From positions 32,001 to 96,000 of the forward strand of contig CAWJSK010000001.1 of assembly GCA_963845535.1 (NCBI GenBank): a DNA stretch of 64,000 nucleotides, in the 5' to 3' direction. Below, one piece after another: positions 9,971-18,635 of the stretch; within the stretch, counting starts at the first letter, position 1; each line of letters begins with the position of its first letter. Made by a program: the position numbers and the translations under genes. Source of the stretch: an uncultured Spirochaetota bacterium. GTDB lineage: Bacteria; Spirochaetota; Spirochaetia; SZUA-6; Fen-1364. The notes beneath the pieces were generated by a model. It saw nothing but the letters and a program-made list of their open reading frames with translations. It was not told the DNA's origin and ran no database searches.

Positions 9971-11605
9971 GTGTGCGGAGTTTGTGGAGTCATTGCGAAA
10001 GACGGAAGAAGCGACACGACCGGTCTCGTGTTGAGGATGCTCAAGGAGATGAGCCATCGGGGACCTGACAGCGCGGGGGTCTGCTGGGACGGCGGGTCCA
10101 TCACGGCCGCCAACCTGGAGGACCTGGTGCGTCGCGCCGGGGACGTGCGCGCGCCCAGGACGCTTGGGCACGCGCGGCTTCGCATCACGGGCGGGGACCG
10201 TGGTCTCCAGCCGTTTGTGGGCGGGGCGGGAAAACTCAGCCTTGTGTTCAACGGTGAGATCTACAACTTCAAGACGCTGCTCGGACTTCACCCCGGCTGG
10301 CAGAGCGACACCGATGGCGAAGTCCTCTTCCGCATGGTTTCGGAAGCATACGCCGGGGACCTTGTCGGCGCCGTCCAGAACACGGTCAGGTCGCTGGACG
10401 GAGTGTATGCATTTTCGGTGATGGACGCGCATGAGATCGTGCTTGTCCGGGACCGTCTCGGCGTCAAGCAGGTGTACTACGGGGAGAACGACGGCTTCCT
10501 GGCCTTCGCTTCGGAGCGCAAGGCTCTCTGGAGCTGCGCAATGCGAAGTCACAGGCTCAACCCGGGGGAAATCCTGCGCATGAGCCCGCGCGGCGTTGAG
10601 CGCGTACCCGGCCAACCCTTTTCGCTCCTGCCAATCACGTATACCGACGCCGCGGAGGCCCGCGCGGTGTATCGCCGTGCGATTGTGGAGGCTGTTCGCA
10701 AGCGCGTCGAGGGCCACCGCAAAGTCGGCGTTCTCTTTTCCGGCGGCGTGGATTCAGTCCTTGTCGCGCGAATTGCAATGGAGCTTTGCGCCGAGGTGAT
10801 CGGATACGCAGGCGGCGTGCCGGGGTCTCCCGACCTCACAAGCGCCGTGGAGGCTGCTCGCGCCATCGGTCTCCCTCTTCGCGTCAAGGAGCTTGACGGC
10901 CCTGCCATCGAGGAGCAGCTGCCGGAGACAATTGCGGCAATCGAGGACCGGGACCTCATGCAGGTCGAGGTGGCCATCCCCATGTATGCGGCTCTGCGGC
11001 TGGCGCGGGAGGACGGTGTTCGGGTGGTGCTGAGCGGCCAGGGAGCGGACGAGCTGTTTGGCGGCTACGAATGGTATCCCCCGATCCTGGCTGAACAGGG
11101 GGAAACGGCGCTCCTGACCTGCATGTGGAGCGACCTCGCCAATCTCTACCGGGACACACTCGAGCGTGAAGACAAGATGAGCATGGCCCATTCCATCGAG
11201 CTGCGCGTGCCCTTCCTGGACCCCGCGGTGATTGCGGAGGCAATGCAGATATCCCCGCTGCTCAAGATCGACACCACGGCCGGGTCCCAGGATCCTCTTC
11301 GCAAGCGGGTTCATCGGGACCTGGCGCTCGAGCTCGGCGTTCCGCGCTCCATTGCGTTTCGGCTGAAGGACGGGGCGCAGCATGGATCAGGCATCCACGC
11401 TGCCCTCGAAGCGGTCGCGAAAAAGCACACGCCCCGGCGCCGGCGCGCGCCCATTGTGCTGGACGAGCCGGAGCTTCGCGGAAGCGCCTTCCGCCACGGG
11501 GGGATCGACGTGCATGGAGGCCTCTACGGGTCCGAGGAAGCGCGGGCGTACGTGAACGCGGCGGCGCGCAAAGTTTTCGAGCCGCTCGTGCGCGCAATTG
11601 CCTGA
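9971..11605 (+). CDS. asnB: Asparagine synthase (glutamine-hydrolysing) family amidotransferase
   Basis: GTG start after GAGGAGG gives MCG (Ntn Cys); HRGPD, FNGEIYN, SGGVDS, SGQGADELFGGY, ELRVPFLD. Confidence 0.85.
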   Translation: MCGVCGVIAKDGRSDTTGLVLRMLKEMSHRGPDSAGVCWDGGSITAANLEDLVRRAGDVRAPRTLGHARLRITGGDRGLQPFVGGAGKLSLVFNGEIYNFKTLLGLHPGWQSDTDGEVLFRMVSEAYAGDLVGAVQNTVRSLDGVYAFSVMDAHEIVLVRDRLGVKQVYYGENDGFLAFASERKALWSCAMRSHRLNPGEILRMSPRGVERVPGQPFSLLPITYTDAAEARAVYRRAIVEAVRKRVEGHRKVGVLFSGGVDSVLVARIAMELCAEVIGYAGGVPGSPDLTSAVEAARAIGLPLRVKELDGPAIEEQLPETIAAIEDRDLMQVEVAIPMYAALRLAREDGVRVVLSGQGADELFGGYEWYPPILAEQGETALLTCMWSDLANLYRDTLEREDKMSMAHSIELRVPFLDPAVIAEAMQISPLLKIDTTAGSQDPLRKRVHRDLALELGVPRSIAFRLKDGAQHGSGIHAALEAVAKKHTPRRRRAPIVLDEPELRGSAFRHGGIDVHGGLYGSEEARAYVNAAARKVFEPLVRAIA

Positions 11606-11619
11606 GCGCGCCGCCGCGT

Positions 11620-12489
11620 TCAGCCGTCGGCTGCGTCGATGAGGGCCACCAGGCTGCGCAGGCGCCGAATGACAGCGTCGGGCCGCGGGAGCCCTGGGCT
11701 GCCACGCGCCGGCGCGTAGGACCGGCCGTCCAAGGCCGCAAGGACGGTCATGAAACCCGCTTTCGCCGCGGGCTCAACGTCGTTCTGCTGATCATTGCCT
11801 GCCATGAGGACTTCCTCCGGACGGAGCCCCGCCTCACGGAGCCTTTGGCGCGCAAGGTTGAAAAGGGCTTCTTCCGGCTTGGCAATTCCAAAGTCACATG
11901 AGTAAAGGCACAAGGGGCTTCCGAACCCCAGGTCTTCCAGGTCCACCCCCAGGAGCGCATGCAGGAAGAGGGGTGTGTAGAATTGCGCGTTCGAAATGAT
12001 CCCGAGAACGGTTTCACGGCGGGCAAGGGCGCGGAGAAGGCTGAGGCAGCCGGGCATCTGCCACGCGGGATGGGTGGCCAACTCGTACTCGACGATCATT
12101 CCCCGCAGCTCATCAGGCGGGCGGTCCGGGAAAAGGCCGGCCCATATGCTTTCGATGGATACCTCAGGATTCTCTTTCCCGAGCGCCCGCTGCGCGGCGT
12201 GCCGCTGGCTGATCAGAGACTGCAGGTCAGCCATCAACTTCGAGGCAGTCGTGGGCAGCCTGTGCCGCCGTGTGATGGCCTCCACCCCGCGCTGCTGCGC
12301 GGCGTGCCGCGGGTGAAGGTCACCGATGCGAATGAGAAGGGTTCCGTAGACATCGAAGAGCACCGCCCTTGGTTTCCGGGGAAGGCTGCCGAGGTCGGTC
12401 ACTCCCGTGGGGACGGCTCGAATGCGCTTCGATCCTCGCTTGATCACATCAACCAGCTCATCCATCTCGTGAGGGCTTTCGAGTCTCAT
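11620..12489 (-). CDS. HAD-family phosphatase (candidate mannosylglucosyl-3-phosphoglycerate phosphatase, MggB-like)
   Basis: FDVYGTL, ISNAQFYT, AKP, GNDQQND motifs; directly follows the glycosyltransferase; start at ATG 12489. Confidence 0.8.
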   Translation of the reverse strand: MRLESPHEMDELVDVIKRGSKRIRAVPTGVTDLGSLPRKPRAVLFDVYGTLLIRIGDLHPRHAAQQRGVEAITRRHRLPTTASKLMADLQSLISQRHAAQRALGKENPEVSIESIWAGLFPDRPPDELRGMIVEYELATHPAWQMPGCLSLLRALARRETVLGIISNAQFYTPLFLHALLGVDLEDLGFGSPLCLYSCDFGIAKPEEALFNLARQRLREAGLRPEEVLMAGNDQQNDVEPAAKAGFMTVLAALDGRSYAPARGSPGLPRPDAVIRRLRSLVALIDAADG

Positions 12490-12493
12490 ACCG

Positions 12494-14005
12494 TTAGTCA
12501 AACAGCAGCCTGAGGTGATGAGCGTCGAGGAAAGCGGCTCGCATCCTTTGCTGGACTTTCGCGGGATGGGCGCCCTGCGCCTGCGCTGCCGGATGATCGA
12601 AAGATTCCAGCAGGTGATCCACCCGGGACGCGTACGCCGCAAGGCCGAAGGATTGATCCACCGCCTGGATGCGCGGCTGCGGGCGCTCGGCAAGCAGGGC
12701 TTCCAGATTTACCGCAAGGCCTTGGTTCCGCCTTTTCAGCTCGGACCGGAAGTCGGACTTTTCCGCCGCGGCCCGCAGAAGCCTCAGCTGCAAAGCCGGG
12801 TCGAGAAAGGAGAAATCCACAGCGTCAAAAGCGAAAATCCGCTGAAGCTCAGCGTTGAGCTTCCCGACAGCGTCCGCCGGGGCAAGCTTCGTCAGGCGCT
12901 TCAGCTTGGCCCCGTATCGCGTCTGCAACGCTTTTCTTTCGGCGGCCTCCACGGGGCACGGAAAGCTTGTGTAAAAATGCGCTGGATACCCGTCGTACAA
13001 ACCGTCCGAGCCCGGAGTGGTATCAAGTCGGCGAGCCAGGAGGGGAAGCCCCCACTGAAGCGCCTGCACGAAGAGATAGCCAAAACCTTCCTGAACGGAG
13101 CTGCAGACAACGATGTCGCAGGCAGCAGCCATTTGATCCACGCCCAGATCGGCCAGCCGTAGCCCGGCAGAGAGCTCGCCGGGGATGAGCCCTGAACGGA
13201 ACGCGCCCTCAACGAGGTTGCTGTACGCCCTCTCTGCGTCGGACACACCGGGGAGCGTGACAATGAGGCGCAGCGGAGCGTCCACCAGCCGAAGCATCAG
13301 GCCCGCCTCGAGGACGTTTTTTCTGCGGATGCATCGCACGGGGTACAAAAGCGTTGGATGCGCCGGATCAGAACCAGGGGAAAGCCGGGAGCGCAGCGCG
13401 CGTCTGTCCTCATGCCTGGGCGCTGTCTCCGGGCGGGCAACCGGGTTTTCCAGGAGAAAGAGGCAGGACTCCGGCAGGCCTGCCCTTTTGAGCAGCCCGA
13501 GGTCCCTGCGATTTATCAGTGCGTAACGCACGCGCGGTCCGCAAGGATACAGCGGCGCAGTAATCGACCTGTCCAATGCGCGAAGGTTGTCGTACCTGCC
13601 CGCCTCCGGGAAGTCGTGAGGCTGCAGGATCATCCGCGGCCCGTCCGCCAGAGCGGCAATGTGAAGCAGCGCCTCCGTGAGGAGCGGGTTCTTGCCCAGA
13701 TGATAGTTGTGGACCCACCAGACTGCGCCGTTGCCGCCAAAGCGCTCCAGGAGGATCTCCGCCAGGTGCCGTGCTCTTTGCTTCCAGAGAAACCGGGAGA
13801 ACGGGGGTGCAGGCGCGTAGTCGATCTCCGGCATGCAAGTGATCTGGGCACCGGGAATTGACGGCCCGTTCTCCGGCAGCCTGCCGGCCACGATCCTTAT
13901 CCGGGAAACGCGGGAGGAGTGTTTGAGAAGCGCCTCTGCGCCGAGCCTGATGACGGAGGTCACGCCGCCGGGCATGAGGTGGTGATGAAAGATCACCAGG
14001 TCCAT
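12494..14005 (-). CDS. GT-B (GT4-like) glycosyltransferase, candidate MggA-like
   Basis: HHHLMPGGVTSVI, HNYHLGKN, HDFPE, YPVRCIRRKN, SVQEGFGYLF motifs. Confidence 0.75.
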   Translation of the reverse strand: MDLVIFHHHLMPGGVTSVIRLGAEALLKHSSRVSRIRIVAGRLPENGPSIPGAQITCMPEIDYAPAPPFSRFLWKQRARHLAEILLERFGGNGAVWWVHNYHLGKNPLLTEALLHIAALADGPRMILQPHDFPEAGRYDNLRALDRSITAPLYPCGPRVRYALINRRDLGLLKRAGLPESCLFLLENPVARPETAPRHEDRRALRSRLSPGSDPAHPTLLYPVRCIRRKNVLEAGLMLRLVDAPLRLIVTLPGVSDAERAYSNLVEGAFRSGLIPGELSAGLRLADLGVDQMAAACDIVVCSSVQEGFGYLFVQALQWGLPLLARRLDTTPGSDGLYDGYPAHFYTSFPCPVEAAERKALQTRYGAKLKRLTKLAPADAVGKLNAELQRIFAFDAVDFSFLDPALQLRLLRAAAEKSDFRSELKRRNQGLAVNLEALLAERPQPRIQAVDQSFGLAAYASRVDHLLESFDHPAAQAQGAHPAKVQQRMRAAFLDAHHLRLLFD

Positions 14006-14115
14006 GACTCTACAATAAAGGGCCTCGCCCCTTTGATGTCAATTCTCGTGCGCAATTTCCCTTGCCCTCTCGCAGGAGTGTGCCGTACTATGATTGTCGC
14101 CGGAAGGAAGGGAAG

Positions 14116-15336
14116 TTGATTTTTTCATTGAAACCTTTGAAAAATCTGGTCTCCTCGGTTGGCAGGCTGCTGCGACGCCGCAGCGTCGGTGGATCCGCCA
14201 AGGCCCCTCGTTCGGAAACCAGCCCCTATGTGAGCAGAATCCTGTCAGACGCCATCCTCCTCAACGAGATACCGTCCCCCACCGAGCGTGAGGCGGCTCG
14301 AACGGACTACATCCTGCAACGGCTCGGTGAGTTTGGCTATCAGGATGCCTCCGTGGATGATTTCGGAAACGTCACGGCGGTTGTGCCGGCTCGAGAAAGC
14401 ACCGAGGAGCACGTCCTTCTGTTCGCGGACATCCGGTGTGAGGACTACTCCCCCATCGACAGCATGACAAAGCTGGAAGCGGACCGTCTGCGCGGGACGG
14501 GAATAGCGGAGAGCTCTGTGGCCGCGGCGGCACTCCTGGTCCTTGCGGAGTACCTGGCGCGCAACGAAATCCAGTACGACCGGACCGTCGTATTTCTCTT
14601 CACTTCCTTCGACCCTGGCGAACGCGACACCCAACCGCTGGAGCGCTTCCTCCAGGATTGGAAGGATCGCGTCCGCCTTGCCGGGCACGTGCGCGGGCTC
14701 GATCTGGGCAGGATCGAGGAGCGGCCGCTGGGCACGTGCAAGCTTTCCGTGAAGGTCCACACAGAGGAGCGCGCCGGTGCCGCACATGAGCCGGTTATTT
14801 CGGCCATCTGGGTCCTCGCCATCATCGCGAGCAGGCTGGGGAGCATCCGCTGGGACGCGCAGAACGACACGTTCCTGAACATCTCCCGCATGGAGGCCGG
14901 CGTCGGCTTCGGATGGTATGCCTCCGAGGGCGTGCTCGAGCTGGAGGTCTTCTCACCAATCGCCGCCACCCTCGATGTTGCGCGAAAGGCGGTAGAGGCC
15001 ACCATTGCCGGGATTGCACAGGAGAGCGGCGCGGCGGTTGAAATCACCGTGAAAGCTTTTCTCCCCGCCGGCGACCCTGAGATCAACCAGGGTCTGACCG
15101 CGATTGTGCGGGGAGTCTACGACCGCCTCCACATCAAGCCCCGCACGGTATCCCTTCCCGGCTATGCCTCGTTTCTGAACTCCTTCGGCATCCCCGCGGT
15201 TACCCTGGGGATCACGACCGGCTCGAAGAGCTACACGGAAGAGTTCATCCATGTGCGCCCTCTGGAGATCGGATTTCGGCAGCTCCTCGCTTTTCTTGAT
15301 GACTGCGCCGGCTGGCATAACGGGGGCCGACCGTGA
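14116..15336 (+). CDS. M20/M28 peptidase-fold protein with degenerate metal ligands
   Basis: IPSPTERE, VDDFGNV, dimerisation-domain pattern and GIPAVTLG; expected HxD, DD, EE and C-terminal H are absent; TTG start after GGAAGG. Confidence 0.7.
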   Translation: MIFSLKPLKNLVSSVGRLLRRRSVGGSAKAPRSETSPYVSRILSDAILLNEIPSPTEREAARTDYILQRLGEFGYQDASVDDFGNVTAVVPARESTEEHVLLFADIRCEDYSPIDSMTKLEADRLRGTGIAESSVAAAALLVLAEYLARNEIQYDRTVVFLFTSFDPGERDTQPLERFLQDWKDRVRLAGHVRGLDLGRIEERPLGTCKLSVKVHTEERAGAAHEPVISAIWVLAIIASRLGSIRWDAQNDTFLNISRMEAGVGFGWYASEGVLELEVFSPIAATLDVARKAVEATIAGIAQESGAAVEITVKAFLPAGDPEINQGLTAIVRGVYDRLHIKPRTVSLPGYASFLNSFGIPAVTLGITTGSKSYTEEFIHVRPLEIGFRQLLAFLDDCAGWHNGGRP

Positions 15337-16301
15337 GAGGAGAGCAACGGATCCTTCAAAACACGTTCCATCACAACGACTTCAAGGACATGGCCCTGCT
15401 GGTGCGCCAGAAAGAAAGCCAGAACTTGAAGATCTCACTCGCATTTCCCACGCTGAATGAGGAAGCCACCATCGGCAAGGAAGTGCTCGTGCTGAAGACG
15501 GAGTGCATGGATCGGTTTCCGCTTCTTGATGAGATTGTCGTCATCGACTCCGGCTCCAAGGACCGCACACGGGAAGCAGCCACGGAAAACGGGGCCCGGG
15601 TGTTCTCTTCCGCTGACATTCTCAAGAAATATGGCTCCTACCGCGGCAAAGGGGAAAACCTGTGGAAGAGCCTGTATGTTCTTGCGGGCGACATCATTGT
15701 CTGGATCGACGCGGACATCAGCAACATCGCCCCGAAGTTCGTCTACGGCCTGGTGGGGCCCCTCCTGCGGGACCCGCGCATCAGCTACGTGAAGGCGTTC
15801 TATGAACGGCCCTTCCGCGTTGCGGGTGAGCTCATCCCGGCCGGCGGCGGACGCGTGACGGAGATCCTTGTGCGTCCGCTGTTCTCCCTGTATTACCCTG
15901 AGCTCGCGTGCCTCGTGCAGCCTCTGAGCGGGGAGTACGCGGGACGGCGAAACCTGTTGGAACGGCTTCCCTTTTCCGTCGGATACGGAGTGGAGCTGGG
16001 GCACCTCGTGGACATCTACCACCAGGTGGGGATCGACGCGCTTGCCCAGGTCAACATGGACCGAAGAGTGCACAGGAATCAGTCCTTGCAATCCCTCGGG
16101 AAAATGTCCTTCGGGATCCTGCAGACGTTTCTCGGCAGGCTGGCGAAATATGGGGAAGGAAGGATGCCGCCCGCGGCTTCTCAGCACGTGTCGGTTTCCG
16201 TCTCAGAGCAGTCACCTTGCATAGAGCAGGTGGATATCCCCACGGAGGAGAGGCCGCCCATGATCGACGTGGAGGAATATCGGCAGAAGTTTCACCTCTA
16301 G
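15333..16301 (+). CDS. gpgS: Glucosyl-3-phosphoglycerate synthase (GT81)
   Basis: PTLNEEATIG, DSGSKD, GKGENLWKS, IDADI, KAFYERP, GGGRVTE, QPLSGEYAG, GYGVE, HRNQ. Confidence 0.9.
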   Translation: MRGEQRILQNTFHHNDFKDMALLVRQKESQNLKISLAFPTLNEEATIGKEVLVLKTECMDRFPLLDEIVVIDSGSKDRTREAATENGARVFSSADILKKYGSYRGKGENLWKSLYVLAGDIIVWIDADISNIAPKFVYGLVGPLLRDPRISYVKAFYERPFRVAGELIPAGGGRVTEILVRPLFSLYYPELACLVQPLSGEYAGRRNLLERLPFSVGYGVELGHLVDIYHQVGIDALAQVNMDRRVHRNQSLQSLGKMSFGILQTFLGRLAKYGEGRMPPAASQHVSVSVSEQSPCIEQVDIPTEERPPMIDVEEYRQKFHL

Positions 16302-16321
16302 CAGCCCAGAAGAGGAGAAAT

Positions 16322-17515
16322 ATGGCCATCGCCGTGGCACATGTCGTCAACCTGATCGAGTTCCAGATGAGCTTCCTGCTCTTCATTGCGCTTGCCGGCT
16401 ATCTTCTGGCTTCCCGCATCAACCAGTCCGCGGTGATCGGCGAAATCCTTGTCGGGCTCATTGTGGGCCCCAGCCTGCTCGGAATAATCACATACACGGA
16501 TTTCGTCAGCAGCATCGCGCACCTGGGGGCTGTCGTCCTGCTCTTCGTTGTGGGCCTGGAGTTTCGGCTGGAGGATGTCGCCCGGCCCCGCTACGTCCTC
16601 ATTGCCGCCAGCGGGGTCGTTGTTCCCTGGATCATGGGCTACTTCGTCTCCATCCTGTCCGGATTTTCCTTCGGGAGCTCCGTGTTCATTGGCACAGCCC
16701 TGACCGCCACGAGCATAGCAATCACCGCGAACGTTCTCAGGGAGATGGGGAAGCTTCATACCGAGGCGGCGCGCGCGATCATTGGCGCCGCCGTCATCGA
16801 TGACGTCCTGAGCCTGATCGTTCTTGCCGTGGGCAACGGGGTTGTATCCGGTGACATTTCTATCCCCTCTCTTTTGGTCATTTTTGCAAAAGCGGTCGGG
16901 TTTCTGGCGGTTGGGGGGCTGGCAGGTCACTTCGGGCTGCGCAGGTTGCTTGGCCTGATCGACTCGACTCGGTTTACGCGCCGTTACCCCGAGGTGACAT
17001 TCATTTTCGCAACTATGCTCGCGTTCCTGTACGGGATGGGCGCGGAGCTGATGGGGTTGTCAGCCATCGTGGGCGCTTTTATTGCGGGCGCCTCCTTCGC
17101 AGGGGTGATCTTGCGCAACGGCAGGGATCTCTACAGAGGATCGGAATCCCTGATGATCATTTTCTCCTCCATTTTCTTCGTTTCTCTGGGAATCCTGGCG
17201 GATGTCAGAACGCTCAACGCAAAAGTTCTTGTGTTTCTCCTTGTCCTGACGGCGGTAGCGATTGCTTCGAAACTGATAGGGTGCGGCGGCGCCGCCCTTC
17301 TGAACCGCAGCTCGCTCCGCGACTCCGCCATCATCGGCTTCGGCATGGCGCCGCGGGGAGAAGTCGCAATGATCATCGGACTGATAGGACTCGACAGCGG
17401 ACTGATCAGCCAGGAGGTCTACGTGAGCATCATCCTCATGAGCCTGTTGACCACGGTCGTCACGCCTTTTGTTCTGCGGGGATGGCTGTACCGTCGCGCT
17501 GCTGGAGCCAGATGA
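16322..17515 (+). CDS. Cation:proton antiporter, CPA2 (NapA/Kef-like)
   Basis: GEILVGLIVGP, LLFVVGLE, ATSIAIT, AAVIDD, PRGEVA; ATG 16322 after AGGAG. Confidence 0.9.
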   Translation: MAIAVAHVVNLIEFQMSFLLFIALAGYLLASRINQSAVIGEILVGLIVGPSLLGIITYTDFVSSIAHLGAVVLLFVVGLEFRLEDVARPRYVLIAASGVVVPWIMGYFVSILSGFSFGSSVFIGTALTATSIAITANVLREMGKLHTEAARAIIGAAVIDDVLSLIVLAVGNGVVSGDISIPSLLVIFAKAVGFLAVGGLAGHFGLRRLLGLIDSTRFTRRYPEVTFIFATMLAFLYGMGAELMGLSAIVGAFIAGASFAGVILRNGRDLYRGSESLMIIFSSIFFVSLGILADVRTLNAKVLVFLLVLTAVAIASKLIGCGGAALLNRSSLRDSAIIGFGMAPRGEVAMIIGLIGLDSGLISQEVYVSIILMSLLTTVVTPFVLRGWLYRRAAGAR

Positions 17516-17661
17516 AGGCATGAGGCGGCAAAAAGGGTGACGCCCCAGTCGAAAAACTTCGACGAGATCGGGCAGGTAAATTCTACAGAGAAAACATCGC
17601 CATTCGATGGCGGTCCCGCGCGCCAGCCCGTACAGTTTTACAGGAAGCAAGGAGAGAGCAC

Positions 17662-18075
17662 ATGCTCCAGTTCTACCTTCTCTCCGTCGTTGCAAACCTG
17701 GTGGCCAGCCTCACCCTGGCGGGAGACTACTTTGGGGAGAGGATGCCATTCTTGAAATGCTTCGCGGAGGCGCGCTCCAGCAGGAGCGCTCGGATCACCA
17801 TCGGCGTTGCAGCGCTCGTGGTCGGGATCATCAAGCTATTTGTGCTTGCCCCCGGGGAAAACGTCATCATCCTGGGAGACTTCCTTCCCGCCGTCACCGG
17901 GATAATCCTCGGGGGGGTCTTGCTTGCGGAAATCAACCAGGGAAAGGTGGCGCAGGCCGGCGAGCCAATCCGCAAGCTTTCCCATGCGGCCTTGACCTAC
18001 CGTGTCCCCGTGGGGATTGCCGGGATCATCATTACGTTCCTGCACTTCCTTTTTCCGAACATGATGATCCTCTGA
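17662..18075 (+). CDS. Small 4-TM hypothetical membrane protein (paralogue A)
   Basis: 137 aa, AAGGAG RBS, clearly homologous to the next gene. Confidence 0.8.
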   Translation: MLQFYLLSVVANLVASLTLAGDYFGERMPFLKCFAEARSSRSARITIGVAALVVGIIKLFVLAPGENVIILGDFLPAVTGIILGGVLLAEINQGKVAQAGEPIRKLSHAALTYRVPVGIAGIIITFLHFLFPNMMIL

Positions 18076-18095
18076 TTTTTTCAGGAGGTGTCCGT

Positions 18096-18509
18096 ATGGC
18101 ACAGTTCTATTTTCTGTCAATCCTGTCCAACATCGTTGCAGGGCTCACGCTGGCGGGAGATTACCTGGGAGAGAAGATCCCTTTTCTCGCGTCATTCAAG
18201 AACCTGCGGGCAAACAGGCCGGCCACGGTGACCATTGCCATCGTGACGGCAATCATCGGGCTCATCAAGCTCATTGTTCTCTCTCCGGGTGAAAGCCTTC
18301 CCGTGGTTGGGGACCTCCTTCCGGCGCTTACGGGAATTGCCCTTGGCGGCATTCTCCTTGTGGAGGCTTTTCGGCTGAAGGTGGAGAGCCAGGGAGAGTC
18401 GCTGAAGAAGATTTCCGCCACGGTGCTGACGTACCGGGTTCCCTTGGGAATTGCCGGAGTCGTGGTGGGCGTGCTCCATTTCCTGTTCCCCGGCGTTCCC
18501 GTTCTCTGA
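18096..18509 (+). CDS. Small 4-TM hypothetical membrane protein (paralogue B)
   Basis: ATG 18096 after AGGAGGT, 137 aa, shares QFY.LS, LTLAGDY.GE, GD.LPA and LHFLFP with paralogue A. Confidence 0.8.
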   Translation: MAQFYFLSILSNIVAGLTLAGDYLGEKIPFLASFKNLRANRPATVTIAIVTAIIGLIKLIVLSPGESLPVVGDLLPALTGIALGGILLVEAFRLKVESQGESLKKISATVLTYRVPLGIAGVVVGVLHFLFPGVPVL

Positions 18510-18635
18510 GAGCGGGTCGCCACGCCTGGGTCGTGCACCTATAAAAAAGGCAGTTTTTGCAAGTTTTTAGACACTTTTGACGATTTTCATAGTGCTGGAA
18601 GTGACCCTTCATCAATTCGACTGACTCGGCGCGGG

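Noticed and set aside
17520..17660. Possible riboswitch (fluoride or c-di-GMP) near the ion transporters
   Set aside because: Small hairpins and a minus-strand GGCGATG are present, but the remaining conserved elements are missing
18328..18615. Minus-strand ORF with CLKTCKNC (CxxxCxxC)
   Set aside because: No RBS, most of it overlaps a real gene antisense, and the Cys run is explained by the T-tract patch
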